Below are positions 41,966 through 51,419 of a DNA stretch of 64,000 bases, in pieces. The stretch comes from Nitrospiraceae bacterium (GTDB lineage Bacteria > Nitrospirota > Nitrospiria > Nitrospirales > Nitrospiraceae), in contig DASPUC010000034.1 of assembly GCA_035623075.1 (NCBI GenBank), positions 3,095-67,094 on the forward strand. The letters run 5' to 3'. The position numbers and the translations under genes are program-made. How positions within the stretch are numbered: position 1 is the stretch's first letter; each line of letters opens with the position of its first letter. Below the pieces are notes generated by a model that saw nothing but the letters and a program-made list of their open reading frames with translations, did not search any database and was not told the origin of the DNA.

Positions 41966-42616
41966 CTAGGAACGCGGTGCACTGCGCAACAAACGCTCGA
42001 TCTCCTCCGCAAAGTCGTCAAACGGGAATGCCCCGGGGATAGCCACTGCCGGTTCCTGTTCCGTGGCTCCTCCGACCGTATGCATCAAAATAAACCCGGG
42101 AGTCCCATGAAACCCCCAGCGGTTGGCCTCCTGACGGTCTTGGAATATGGACTCCAGGTACCGCCGTTCATCAACACACTGAGCAAAAACTACTTGATCG
42201 AGGCCGATGGACTTCGCGTAGCCCCGAAAGGCCGCTGAGTCCAAGCGCCCCCCTTCGCCAAACAATCGGTCATGCATGGCCCAATAGCGACCCTGTGCCC
42301 CGGCACACCGGGCCGCCACAGCCGCTTCGACTCCCACCCCTCGATCTGCTCGAGGGTAATCGCGGTATACGAACCGCAGCTTGCCGGTTTCGACGTACTT
42401 GGCCTGCAGTTTCGGCCAGGTGTCGCGGAAAAATTTCAGGCAATAGCCGCAGGTAAAGTCTGAATACTCGATCAAAGTGACTGGGGCATCGACGCGGCCC
42501 CGAATACGTCCATCGTCCGTGATCTCACCGATTCCAGCGGTGGCGAGTGGAATAACCACCACACTTATCAGAAACAACGTCAGGCCGATGATTCGTGTAA
42601 AACCAGCCAACATCAT
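41966..42616 (-). CDS. DsbA-family thiol:disulfide oxidoreductase, membrane-anchored
   Basis: TM anchor and the FTCGYCLKF CxxC active site. The ATG at 42616 overlaps the upstream gene's stop as ATGA; the ORF opens at 42676. Confidence 0.8.
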   Translation of the reverse strand: MMLAGFTRIIGLTLFLISVVVIPLATAGIGEITDDGRIRGRVDAPVTLIEYSDFTCGYCLKFFRDTWPKLQAKYVETGKLRFVYRDYPRADRGVGVEAAVAARCAGAQGRYWAMHDRLFGEGGRLDSAAFRGYAKSIGLDQVVFAQCVDERRYLESIFQDRQEANRWGFHGTPGFILMHTVGGATEQEPAVAIPGAFPFDDFAEEIERLLRSAPRS

Positions 42617-43719
42617 GTACGCTTGGGCTGTTTGGCCTTCTTCCTCTCCAGCAACCCGACCATCAATAACGGCCACACGACAGTCGCGTCGCTCAACACT
42701 TCAGCAAAACGGCCGCCTTCCTCAGGAGGGACAAATTTCCCCCACGAAATGCCTTCTTGATACGTACACCCACTCAACCCACCCCAATAGTCCGGCTCCG
42801 GACAGATTCGCACGCCATATTGAAACCGAGGCGGTTTCACATTCAGCCCCAGCCGCATGTTGGCGATTTCGATGTAGGGGCCGACTTGTTGTGCCCAATT
42901 GCGTGGGACGCCTCCACCAATCGTAAAAATGCCCAGTCGTTTGGTGGATGTCACGACATTGGTATAGCTATTGAGATCGAGGTAGGGGTTGAAAGAAGGA
43001 CAAGACCGGTTGATGAAACGGAGCACCTCAAGATCATTGGTGCCTTTCCCCTGCGATCGCGCCCGATCGATTTCACGACTCATCGCCCACGTGCCGACAT
43101 CCAGGCCCATTTCTGAATCAGTGAATGCGGGGATATACACCGGAATCTTCTTAAGGTACGCGCTCTTGAGGATCCCATCACCTTCAAAATCCTCGGCCAG
43201 CGTCTTCCCCAGTTCGCGTGTCAGGATTTCGGAGGACAGCGGCTGCTCGTGGTTGATCCGCTTCAGTGTCTGCGCAACAATGTGCTCGACGTAGTTCAGA
43301 TTAGCTTCCATCTCCAGTGTGTCGTAGACACGATTGTAACCCTTCCTGAACAGTTCTTCGTCACTCATCGACGGGCGATGGCGATAGTGTGTTTTCCCGA
43401 TGGATTCGCTGAGCCCATGTGCGATCAACGCGCCCGTCGAAACAATACCCTGGACCATGCCGTGGTCGATCATGGTGCTGACGATTTTGCCCATTTTGGC
43501 GATCGTCATCGCACCGGACAGCGTCAGGATCACCGAACAATCTGGATCATCGATCATCGACCACAGCACTTCGAAGGCTTCGCCCAATCGGCGGCCGCCA
43601 AAAGCTGTTTTGCGCATGGCGGTTAGGAGATCTTCGAAGGATCGGATCTTTTCCGGATCAAGCGGCTCAAGCGGTTCAAGCCCGTCTTTCGCACCGTCGT
43701 GGAACTCACGTGCAGCCAT
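42613..43719 (-). CDS. Deoxyhypusine synthase-like protein (bacterial DHS-like / homospermidine synthase type)
   Basis: Full-length DHS-family pattern (..FGGRRLGEAFEVL.., ..LTLSGAMT.., ..IFTIGGGVPRNW..). Confidence 0.8.
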   Translation of the reverse strand: MAAREFHDGAKDGLEPLEPLDPEKIRSFEDLLTAMRKTAFGGRRLGEAFEVLWSMIDDPDCSVILTLSGAMTIAKMGKIVSTMIDHGMVQGIVSTGALIAHGLSESIGKTHYRHRPSMSDEELFRKGYNRVYDTLEMEANLNYVEHIVAQTLKRINHEQPLSSEILTRELGKTLAEDFEGDGILKSAYLKKIPVYIPAFTDSEMGLDVGTWAMSREIDRARSQGKGTNDLEVLRFINRSCPSFNPYLDLNSYTNVVTSTKRLGIFTIGGGVPRNWAQQVGPYIEIANMRLGLNVKPPRFQYGVRICPEPDYWGGLSGCTYQEGISWGKFVPPEEGGRFAEVLSDATVVWPLLMVGLLERKKAKQPKRT

Positions 43720-44101
43720 TGAAGACTCTACCTAGATCAGCACTGAACAAATTAATGGGAGCGCCTTCGTTATACACAACCAACGATAGAGGCGTCAACG
43801 AAGTTTGGGCGTGGAAGAAGCCAGCAGCATGCATGACCACGGTCCAAATAAATAGGACACTCCGGGGGCGTTTGTCCGCCGAAACAATCGCAGTAGAGCG
43901 AGAGCAAGTTGGCGGTGCATACGAAAGGCGATATTGATGTAGGGGGACGCCAGAGAGTCTATCTGCCCGGGGTATGTTGCACGATTAGCCAACAAAGAGC
44001 AGGCAGCACACCCAAGGAGGGTTCGAACAGAAGACAGTCACATTGTGGCATTTTGCGGATCGCCCAATGGAGCAGAGAGGCTTCCGTTCGGCTAGCTCGG
44101 T

Positions 44102-44134
44102 GTGGTGGTCCCAACGGGATTCGAACCCGTGTTT
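44102..44134 (-). repeat. Left att-type direct repeat (tRNA T-arm + acceptor 3' strand + CCA on the minus strand)
   Basis: The reverse complement reads AAACACGGGTTCGAATCCCGTTGGGACCACCAC. Confidence 0.85.
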
Positions 44135-44160
44135 GGGCCTTGAGAGGGCGAAAATAGCGA
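44102..44160 (-). pseudogene. tRNA remnant (3' ~55 nt, tRNA-Glu(CUC)-like anticodon loop); not an intact tRNA
   Basis: On the minus strand there is a T-arm ACGGG-TTCGAAT-CCCGT and acceptor TGGGACC-A-CCA. Upstream is a loop CTCTCAA (U33, A37 context) on a stem of only 3 bp. There is no D-arm and no 5' acceptor strand GGTCCCA. Confidence 0.5.
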
Positions 44161-44515
44161 TTTCCACAAGGGCTTGATCTAAAACCTGGTTTCCCCATTT
44201 CGCTTGTTGACCAAGTAGTTACCTCGTTTACAGCGATTCTATTGGTCCCTGTTTATTCTATCCGTTGCTCCCATTTCTATCACAAATCCATCACAACAAC
44301 TGGCCGATGGTTCACATCAAATTCGATTCCGCTGGCCGCATTAAGAGAAGAGCTTTCATGGTTGCATTTAAATTGGGATAGCAATTCCAAGTCGAAGGAT
44401 CAAAAACCTCCCCCACACCAGAACCATAGACGTCGAATTATCTTGAGCTTTGCCGTATCATTTAGCCCGTTCAAAAAACAAATGATAATGGGCCGCATTT
44501 GAGCCAGGAGAAGCC

Positions 44516-46084
44516 ATGCAGTTTGATGCGAGTGTTCTGGCACCAACTCGAAGTAATTTCCTGAAGCACGATGGACCAGCAGGCCTCGTCGTCTTCCTGG
44601 TCGCACTACCTCTGTGTCTGGGTGTGGCCCACGCCTCCGGTGCGCCGCTGTTCGCTGGCATCATCGCCGGAATTGTCGGCGGCTGCCTGATTTCGATCCT
44701 GTCTGGTTCACAGATCAGTGTGAGTGGCCCGGCCGCTGGACTCGTCGTGATTGTCATCACAGCGATTCAGACACTTGGTTCGTATCAAGCGTTCCTGGTC
44801 GCGGTGGTCCTTTGCGGGGTCATTCAGATCGTGATGGGAATACTGGGTGCCGGGGCGATTGGCGATTATGTGCCGAATTCCGTCATCAAGGGGATGCTTG
44901 CTGGGATCGGGTTAGTGATCGTGCTCAAGCAGATTCCACACGCACTCGGCCATGATCTCGACTGGATTGGTGACTTGAGCTTTCTGGAAGCCGGCAACAT
45001 GAACACATTGTCGGCCATTTTCGCCGACGCCGCTCCAATTCTCGGCGGGCCGCTCCTCATTTCGGTCCTGAGTTTGATCATCCTTGTCGTCTGGGAGAAG
45101 CTTGCCTCAGGAGGTGCGCGCTTTTTCGGAGTTGTGCCCGGCTCACTCGCGGTTGTCGCGCTGGGTATTATCGTGAATCACGTCTTCCAAATTGTGGCTC
45201 CGGCGCTGTACATCAGCGATCCGCAGCACCTCGTGGAGCTGCCGGTCGCCCAATCATTCCAGGATCTGACCCATCAATTCACCATCCCCGATTTTTCTGC
45301 AATTGCAGACTCGAATGTTTGGTCAATCAGCCTGACGCTGGCCATTGTCGCAAGCATCGAAAGCCTTTTGTCGCTCGAGGCTGCAGATCGCATTGATCCG
45401 TACAGGCGGATCTCGCCTCCCAGTCGGGAACTCTGGGCGCAAGGGGCAGGCAACGTGGTCTCGGGGTTCCTCGGGGGCTTACCTGTTACCAGCGTTGTCC
45501 TTCGTACCTCCGCCAACGTGTATGCCGGCGGTCGTACCTGGATGGCTGCATTTGTTCACGGGTTCCTCTTGCTGGCAAGTGCACTCCTGATACCGCAATT
45601 GTTGAATCAGATCCCCCTTGCCTGCCTGGCGGCTATCCTCATCATGGTTGGATACAAACTGACGAAACCGGATATGTACCAGTCCGTCTACCGGCTGGGC
45701 ATGACCCAATTCATCCCCTTCCTCGTGACCGTGATGGCCATTGTGTTTACAGACCTCCTAAAGGGAGTACTACTTGGCCTGGCATGCGGGCTCTTTTTCG
45801 TACTCCGCAGTAACCACCGCGATGCAGTCACCGTTGTCAGCAGGGGCAATGCCTGCCTCATTCGTCTGAATAAGGATACGACATTCATCAACAAGAGTGA
45901 GCTTAGAACGAAACTGCGAGCCATCGAACGGGGTACCGATGTGTTGATCGACGGAACGAAGGCATCCTACATCGATCGCGACATTCTTGAAGTGGTGGAA
46001 GACTTTCGGAAGATGGCCGACCACCAAGACATCACGGTAGAACTGAAACATATTGCAGGCAAAATACTCGGACCGGAGACCTAG
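44516..46084 (+). CDS. SulP-family anion transporter with C-terminal STAS domain
   Basis: The multi-TM SulP pattern (GLVVFLVALPLCLGVAHASGAP.., ..AIVASIESLLS..) and the STAS-like tail. AGGAGAA RBS. Confidence 0.85.
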   Translation: MQFDASVLAPTRSNFLKHDGPAGLVVFLVALPLCLGVAHASGAPLFAGIIAGIVGGCLISILSGSQISVSGPAAGLVVIVITAIQTLGSYQAFLVAVVLCGVIQIVMGILGAGAIGDYVPNSVIKGMLAGIGLVIVLKQIPHALGHDLDWIGDLSFLEAGNMNTLSAIFADAAPILGGPLLISVLSLIILVVWEKLASGGARFFGVVPGSLAVVALGIIVNHVFQIVAPALYISDPQHLVELPVAQSFQDLTHQFTIPDFSAIADSNVWSISLTLAIVASIESLLSLEAADRIDPYRRISPPSRELWAQGAGNVVSGFLGGLPVTSVVLRTSANVYAGGRTWMAAFVHGFLLLASALLIPQLLNQIPLACLAAILIMVGYKLTKPDMYQSVYRLGMTQFIPFLVTVMAIVFTDLLKGVLLGLACGLFFVLRSNHRDAVTVVSRGNACLIRLNKDTTFINKSELRTKLRAIERGTDVLIDGTKASYIDRDILEVVEDFRKMADHQDITVELKHIAGKILGPET

Positions 46085-46088
46085 CACG

Positions 46089-46706
46089 ATGGACCCGTAC
46101 GTCAAGCTCTTGCTGTCGAACGAAGCGTGGGTGATGGAGAAGCTCGCTCTGCGCCGCGATTTCTTTCAACGAGCGGTCCACGGACAAAAGCCGAGGTTTC
46201 TCTGGATCGGCTGTTCGGATTCGCGTGTGCCGCCCGGAGAGATTACCGGATCGGAGCCCGGCGAGCTGTTCGTCCACCGAAACATCGCAAATCAGGTATC
46301 CGAAAGCGACTTGAGCGTGGTGAGCGTGCTGCAGTACGCGGTAGAAGTGCTACAGGTAGAGCATGTCATCGTGTGCGGACATTATCATTGCGGCGGGGTC
46401 TTCCATGCAATCCACGATGAGGAGGACAAGGGCGTGATCGGACAATGGCTTGACCAAGTGAGGGCGATTTACCGTAGCCACGCGGGCGAACTCGACTGCA
46501 TATCCGACTCCGCACTGCGCTTCGACCGCATGGTCGAGCTCAATGTCACCACGCAACTGAGGAATGTCGCCCGGACGGCCATCGTGCGGAAGGCTTGGGA
46601 GAAGAAGCAGGGGCTTCACCTGCACGGGTGGGTCTATGACTTGCGAACCGGGAAATTGAAGGAGCTTGAGACTCTCGACACACCCGACAAATCCAGTCCA
46701 GCATGA
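46089..46706 (+). CDS. Beta-class carbonic anhydrase
   Basis: WIGCSDSRVPP and VCGHYHCGGV carry the Zn ligands Cys, His, Cys of beta-CA. Confidence 0.88.
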   Translation: MDPYVKLLLSNEAWVMEKLALRRDFFQRAVHGQKPRFLWIGCSDSRVPPGEITGSEPGELFVHRNIANQVSESDLSVVSVLQYAVEVLQVEHVIVCGHYHCGGVFHAIHDEEDKGVIGQWLDQVRAIYRSHAGELDCISDSALRFDRMVELNVTTQLRNVARTAIVRKAWEKKQGLHLHGWVYDLRTGKLKELETLDTPDKSSPA

Positions 46707-46979
46707 ATATTACACTGCTTGACCGGGAGCGGACTGCATCGTACAGCTTGGGTATCAAAAACAGTTGTTTGTGACCCCAATAACAGCCAGTCTTGATCAT
46801 CAATGAAATCCTGAGAATGGCGGCTCTGAATCTTGAAGGGTTTTTGACCTCATCAGGGATTCCTTTGCAAACACAGCAGACCGCGTTTAAACCACCGTTT
46901 CTTTTGACGAACGCTATCCTAGCAAGTACGCTTCAGGCATAAGCGTTCCATTCCACTCTGAATTTGAATTGGAGACTAC

Positions 46980-47825
46980 ATGATGTCGAAATCCGTCCTG
47001 CAGGTGATGTTTGTGCTGCTCGTGCTGGGCATGATTCCGCGGGTCGTACAGGCCCAGCAACCAACGCTTCCAGCTTTTGAAGATCGAACCCATGATGATC
47101 ACTTTACCTTCAAGTACGGAAAGCCGTATACCCTCGATCCGTACACGTGGGTTTACACTAAGGAATTTGCACAGATGTTTCGGATGCCGGATAAGTGGAT
47201 TGATGCCAATCTCAAAGGCGCATTGGCCATTGCGTTCCGCATGACCACCATTGGAATTACCACCTGCGGACTTGGGGGTCGAGAAGACAGTTGTTGGCCT
47301 CCAGTCCAATGCCAATTGGATGTCTATTATGATAACCGCATCAAGCTGCCCTGGATGCACGACGAGATCATGAGGGATTTCTTGCTTCGAGGGGTTTCAT
47401 CCCATGAGTTTCTACAGGACCTGAACCACTCCAAAGGATTTCATCGCTATCGGCCAAAAGATGGAAAAGGCGTTCCAAGAGTCCTAGCCACTGAGGCTTC
47501 TCTCAGGGTTGGCAAGTACTCGTCTGGATTTGCTCCAATTGCGTACTTTGATCGTGAGTACGAACCGGGAGTTGGCCTCATCGGATGGGTCGGGATAGGG
47601 GTTTGCCCGACCCCTATAGGCATGGGGCAGATTGCGTTCTTCGATGTGGAGACCCAAGACAAGATTAATCACATGCAAGTCAAGCGCGAAGACGCGAAGC
47701 CAATACACGTAATTGAATTACCCGAATCTTTTATGCGCCGTGCCAACATCGTCTACGAACGCGATAACAAACCGAACGTGGCCGTGACCGAAAGGCTGAA
47801 ACAACAACTCCTTCAGTCTCGTTAG
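46980..47825 (+). CDS. Secreted hypothetical protein (281 aa)
   Basis: Signal peptide MMSKSVLQVMFVLLVLGMIPRVVQA and a GGAG RBS. No family recognised. Confidence 0.6.
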   Translation: MMSKSVLQVMFVLLVLGMIPRVVQAQQPTLPAFEDRTHDDHFTFKYGKPYTLDPYTWVYTKEFAQMFRMPDKWIDANLKGALAIAFRMTTIGITTCGLGGREDSCWPPVQCQLDVYYDNRIKLPWMHDEIMRDFLLRGVSSHEFLQDLNHSKGFHRYRPKDGKGVPRVLATEASLRVGKYSSGFAPIAYFDREYEPGVGLIGWVGIGVCPTPIGMGQIAFFDVETQDKINHMQVKREDAKPIHVIELPESFMRRANIVYERDNKPNVAVTERLKQQLLQSR

Positions 47826-48353
47826 CCTTAGATCCTTTACATGGTAGATTCTCGTATTTAGAGACCCTCTCTAAGCTTGAAGACTTCCAAGGGGAACCGA
47901 TTGTGCTCATGTTGTGCTCAAGCCCACCTCATTCCAGCCCACTCAGGCCTACTCCAGCCAAAGTTCGTACTTTCTGCAAACCTTGGCCCCAGTGGGCCTG
48001 AGTGAGTTCCAGTAGGCCTGAGTAGGGTCGTGATCGCGCTTTCCTAAACCGCGCTTCGTCTACAGTGCTGCACTCTGTGGTTTTATCAGCCTCACTGTGA
48101 TTCAGGAATGTCACATCGAGGCGTGATGCTTCCGCGGGTAGCCGGTGAAGTGGGTAGGAGTTACCAGATGCCTACCTGCCTTCATCCTTGACATCTAGGT
48201 ACCGCCAGCCTAGCCTACTCCTCACTGTAAGTTTTCTGCATAGCTGCAGAACGGGGCGAGGGCACCGCACTCACACAATAAGCACACCTATTCGCTCGCA
48301 AGCCACTGCCGGTACAGAACAACTCTCATCAAGTCGATGAGGAGGATGACGCC

Positions 48354-50630
48354 ATGTCGGAGAACTCGGATGAACTAAATGGATTGACCCGCCGGGAACT
48401 CACTAAGATCCTGGGAGCCTCCGTCGGACTGGCCTGCCTTGCGCCCCTGGCCGGCTGTGGCGAGCTTTGGGAACGCCAACCGGTCATCCCCGTTGACATC
48501 TGGCACAAGGGCGTCTGCCGGTTCTGCGGAACGGGCTGCGGCGTTATGATCGGCCTTAAGGATAATAAAATTGCCGACGTGAAAGGGGACGACGAGGGCC
48601 ACAACCGCGGTCGCCTCTGTATCAAGGGCTTGGCCACCCGTGACATTCTCTACACCGAAGGCCGCGCCCTGTACCCGATGATCCGGAAGAATGGTGAGTT
48701 CCAGCGGGCGAGCTGGGACGAAGCCATGGCGCTGGTGGCGCAAAAGTTCAAGGAATCGATCGAGACACATGGGCCGGACAGTGTGGCCTTCTATGGGAGT
48801 GGGCAGCTCTTCACGCAGGAGAGTTACACCGCGAATAAATTGTTCAAGGCCGGGATCGGCACCAACAATGTCGATGGGAACCCGCGCTTGTGCATGGCGT
48901 CGGCCGTCACCGGTTACACGACGACCTTTGGCAAGGATGAGCCAGCGGGCTGTTTCGAAGACATGGACGATGCCGAGTGTTTTTTTATCACGGGATCAAA
49001 CACTCTGGAGTGCCATCCGATACTCTGGGAACGCGTGCGGGACCGTAAGCGGAGTCACCCGGATACCAAGATCATCGTCGTGGACCCGCGCAAAACCTTT
49101 ACGGCACGGCACGCGGACCTATATCTACCCATCTATCCGGGGACGGACGTCTCCCTCTACAACGCGATGATTCACGTGTTTCTCGAACAGAAATTCGTCG
49201 ACGCGGACATGGTCGAACACTATCTCTCATTTCAGGAAGGCGAAGCGAACCGGACGTTCGACGACTTCAAGCGGCACATTGCGAACTTTACGCCGGAGGC
49301 GGCGGCCAAAACCTGCGGCATCACTCCGCGGGATATTCGCGAAGCGGCCTTTCTCTTCGCCTCGTCGAAGGCCACGATGTCGTTGTGGACCATGGGGCTG
49401 AACCAGCAAGCGCAGGGGACTGCGTCCAACCGGCTGGTCTGCGCGATGCATCTCCTGACGGGACACTTTGGCCGTCCCGGCGCCACACCGTTTTCGTTGA
49501 CTGGTCAGCCGAACGCCTGCGGCGGGGTGCGCGACACCGGCTCGCTCGCGCATGCGCTGCCGAACGGACGTCTGGTGGCCAACCCCAAGCACCGGGAGGA
49601 AATGGAGGATTTGTGGAATGTCCCGCGCGGGCGGATCAGTCCGAAGCCAGGCTTCCATGCCGTCGCTTTGTTTGACGCAATGAACCGCGGGGCAGTGAAA
49701 TGCTGTCTAGTGATGTGCACCAATCCTGGACAGACGCTCCCCAACGTCACGGCCTACCGGGAAGGGATGGAGAAGGCCTTCTTGGTCGTGGTGGACGCGT
49801 TTCATCCGACGGAAACGACACAATTCGCCGACGTGGTGCTGCCTGCCGCCCTATGGGTCGAGGAGGAAGGCGTCACGGGTAACGCGGAGCGACGCTATCA
49901 CCTCACTCCAAAACTCGTGGACCCACCTGGGGAAGCTAAAAGTGACCTCGAAATTCTGGTGGACCTGGCGGACCGCCTCGGCCACGGTGATCTGATCTCA
50001 GCCAGAACTCCGAAAGACGTGTGGGATGAATGGCGTAGGGTCTCAGCCCAGTCGAAATACAACTTTGAAGGCATTACCTACGAGCGGTTGCAGAAAGAGC
50101 GCGGGCTTCTCTGGCCCTGCCCGACGGAGACGCATCCGGGTACGAAACGGCGGTACGTCCCGGGTGAAGATCCCATGGCGACGGGCACGGGCCGGTTCGA
50201 TTTCTACGGAAAACCGGATGGACGAGCCACCGTCTGGCTGGATCATCAGGAAGAACCGCTTGATCCCTACACCGCCGAGTTTCCGCTGATCTTCAACACG
50301 GGCCGGATTCTAGAGCACTGGCATACGATGACCATCACTGGTAAGGCACCTACACTTCAGGGTATCCACCCCGACTACCTGGAGATCCACCCCTACGATG
50401 CCTATCAGTTACAAATCAAGGACGGTGATCCGGTTGTGGTGAAGAGCCGGCGCGGAGAAGTCGAGCTGCGGGCTCGTCTGACGGAGGTTGTGCGGCCAGG
50501 GATGGTGTTCGCAACCATGCACTCCGCCAAGCATCTGGTGAACCAATCCACTCAGGACGTCTACGATCCTTATTCGAAGCAACCAGCCTACAAACGTTGT
50601 GCGGTCGCAGTTCGGCGGAAGATGGCCTAG
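48354..50630 (+). CDS. Molybdopterin (bis-MGD) oxidoreductase of the Nap/Nas nitrate-reductase type, TAT signal plus lipobox
   Basis: TRRELTKILGASVGLACLAPLAGC (twin-Arg then LAGC). 4Fe-4S motif CRFCGTGCGV..CIKG. Mo-ligand context NPRLCMASAVTGY, and SLTGQPNACGG. GAGGAGGA RBS. Confidence 0.8.
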   Translation: MSENSDELNGLTRRELTKILGASVGLACLAPLAGCGELWERQPVIPVDIWHKGVCRFCGTGCGVMIGLKDNKIADVKGDDEGHNRGRLCIKGLATRDILYTEGRALYPMIRKNGEFQRASWDEAMALVAQKFKESIETHGPDSVAFYGSGQLFTQESYTANKLFKAGIGTNNVDGNPRLCMASAVTGYTTTFGKDEPAGCFEDMDDAECFFITGSNTLECHPILWERVRDRKRSHPDTKIIVVDPRKTFTARHADLYLPIYPGTDVSLYNAMIHVFLEQKFVDADMVEHYLSFQEGEANRTFDDFKRHIANFTPEAAAKTCGITPRDIREAAFLFASSKATMSLWTMGLNQQAQGTASNRLVCAMHLLTGHFGRPGATPFSLTGQPNACGGVRDTGSLAHALPNGRLVANPKHREEMEDLWNVPRGRISPKPGFHAVALFDAMNRGAVKCCLVMCTNPGQTLPNVTAYREGMEKAFLVVVDAFHPTETTQFADVVLPAALWVEEEGVTGNAERRYHLTPKLVDPPGEAKSDLEILVDLADRLGHGDLISARTPKDVWDEWRRVSAQSKYNFEGITYERLQKERGLLWPCPTETHPGTKRRYVPGEDPMATGTGRFDFYGKPDGRATVWLDHQEEPLDPYTAEFPLIFNTGRILEHWHTMTITGKAPTLQGIHPDYLEIHPYDAYQLQIKDGDPVVVKSRRGEVELRARLTEVVRPGMVFATMHSAKHLVNQSTQDVYDPYSKQPAYKRCAVAVRRKMA

Positions 50631-50645
50631 CGGAGGACTCTGACC

Positions 50646-51419
50646 ATGACAGAACAACTCGGGTCTCGCCGGAATCAGTTGATTGTCCTCATGGCGTTCC
50701 TTGCGGAAGCGTGGCTAGCGGCCTCTCCTGCATGGGCGGTCGAGACGCACGGCAGATGGTCAGACGTTGATGTCTTGCGCGGGATAGGCATAGCGGCCGC
50801 AGTGGGGGGCATCCTTCTGCTCATTCTGGTTCAGCACGTGTACCGAAACAAACTTCAGCATAGTACCTATCGGCGCCTGCTCCTCATCGGGTTGTTTGTG
50901 CTGCCGATTATCGTGACCTGGAGTACCACGAGGACGGTCATGGAGGGGACCAAGTCGGTGCAGGCCTGCATGTCCTGCCACGTGATGCAGCCCTTCGTCA
51001 ACGACATGGAAAATCCAAGCAGCCCGACGTTGGCCGCGCGGCACTACCGGAACAACTGGATTGCGAAAGACCAGTGCTACTCCTGTCACGTGACCTACGG
51101 CGCGACCGGTACCGTGGAAGGTAAACGAGACGGATTCCGACACTGGCTGTATTACATCACCAATACCTACGCGGATCCCATTCAGTACGCGGGCAGTTAC
51201 GACAATTCCAATTGTATGAACTGCCATCGAGGAACCGGCAAGTGGGAGCGTGTGAAGAGCCATCAAGCGCTCGTGGCAGAGCTTGCAGCAGACCGCATCG
51301 CATGTATCTCCTGTCACGGACCGCCCCATCCCCTACCGAGCGAGCGAAAAAAGATGGCGAGCCGAATAACAACGACCGCGGAGCTGGGAGGTCATTATGG
51401 AAACGACCAACGTCCCTGA
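50646..51419 (+). CDS. Membrane-anchored tetrahaem cytochrome c, NapC/NirT/NrfH-like
   Basis: N-terminal TM segments and four CxxCH motifs (CMSCH, CYSCH, CMNCH, CISCH). GGAGGA RBS. Confidence 0.75.
   Translation: MTEQLGSRRNQLIVLMAFLAEAWLAASPAWAVETHGRWSDVDVLRGIGIAAAVGGILLLILVQHVYRNKLQHSTYRRLLLIGLFVLPIIVTWSTTRTVMEGTKSVQACMSCHVMQPFVNDMENPSSPTLAARHYRNNWIAKDQCYSCHVTYGATGTVEGKRDGFRHWLYYITNTYADPIQYAGSYDNSNCMNCHRGTGKWERVKSHQALVAELAADRIACISCHGPPHPLPSERKKMASRITTTAELGGHYGNDQRP

Noticed and set aside
44102-44177. Intact tRNA gene (minus strand) at the left island border.
   Set aside because: Only the T-arm, acceptor 3' strand and CCA are convincing. The anticodon stem has 3 bp, and there is no D-arm and no complementary 5' acceptor strand. 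Called a remnant instead.
47929-48114. 61-aa minus-strand ORF across the GGCCTGAGT repeat region.
   Set aside because: There is no RBS, and the ORF is generated by the repeat sequence itself. The region is treated as non-coding leader.
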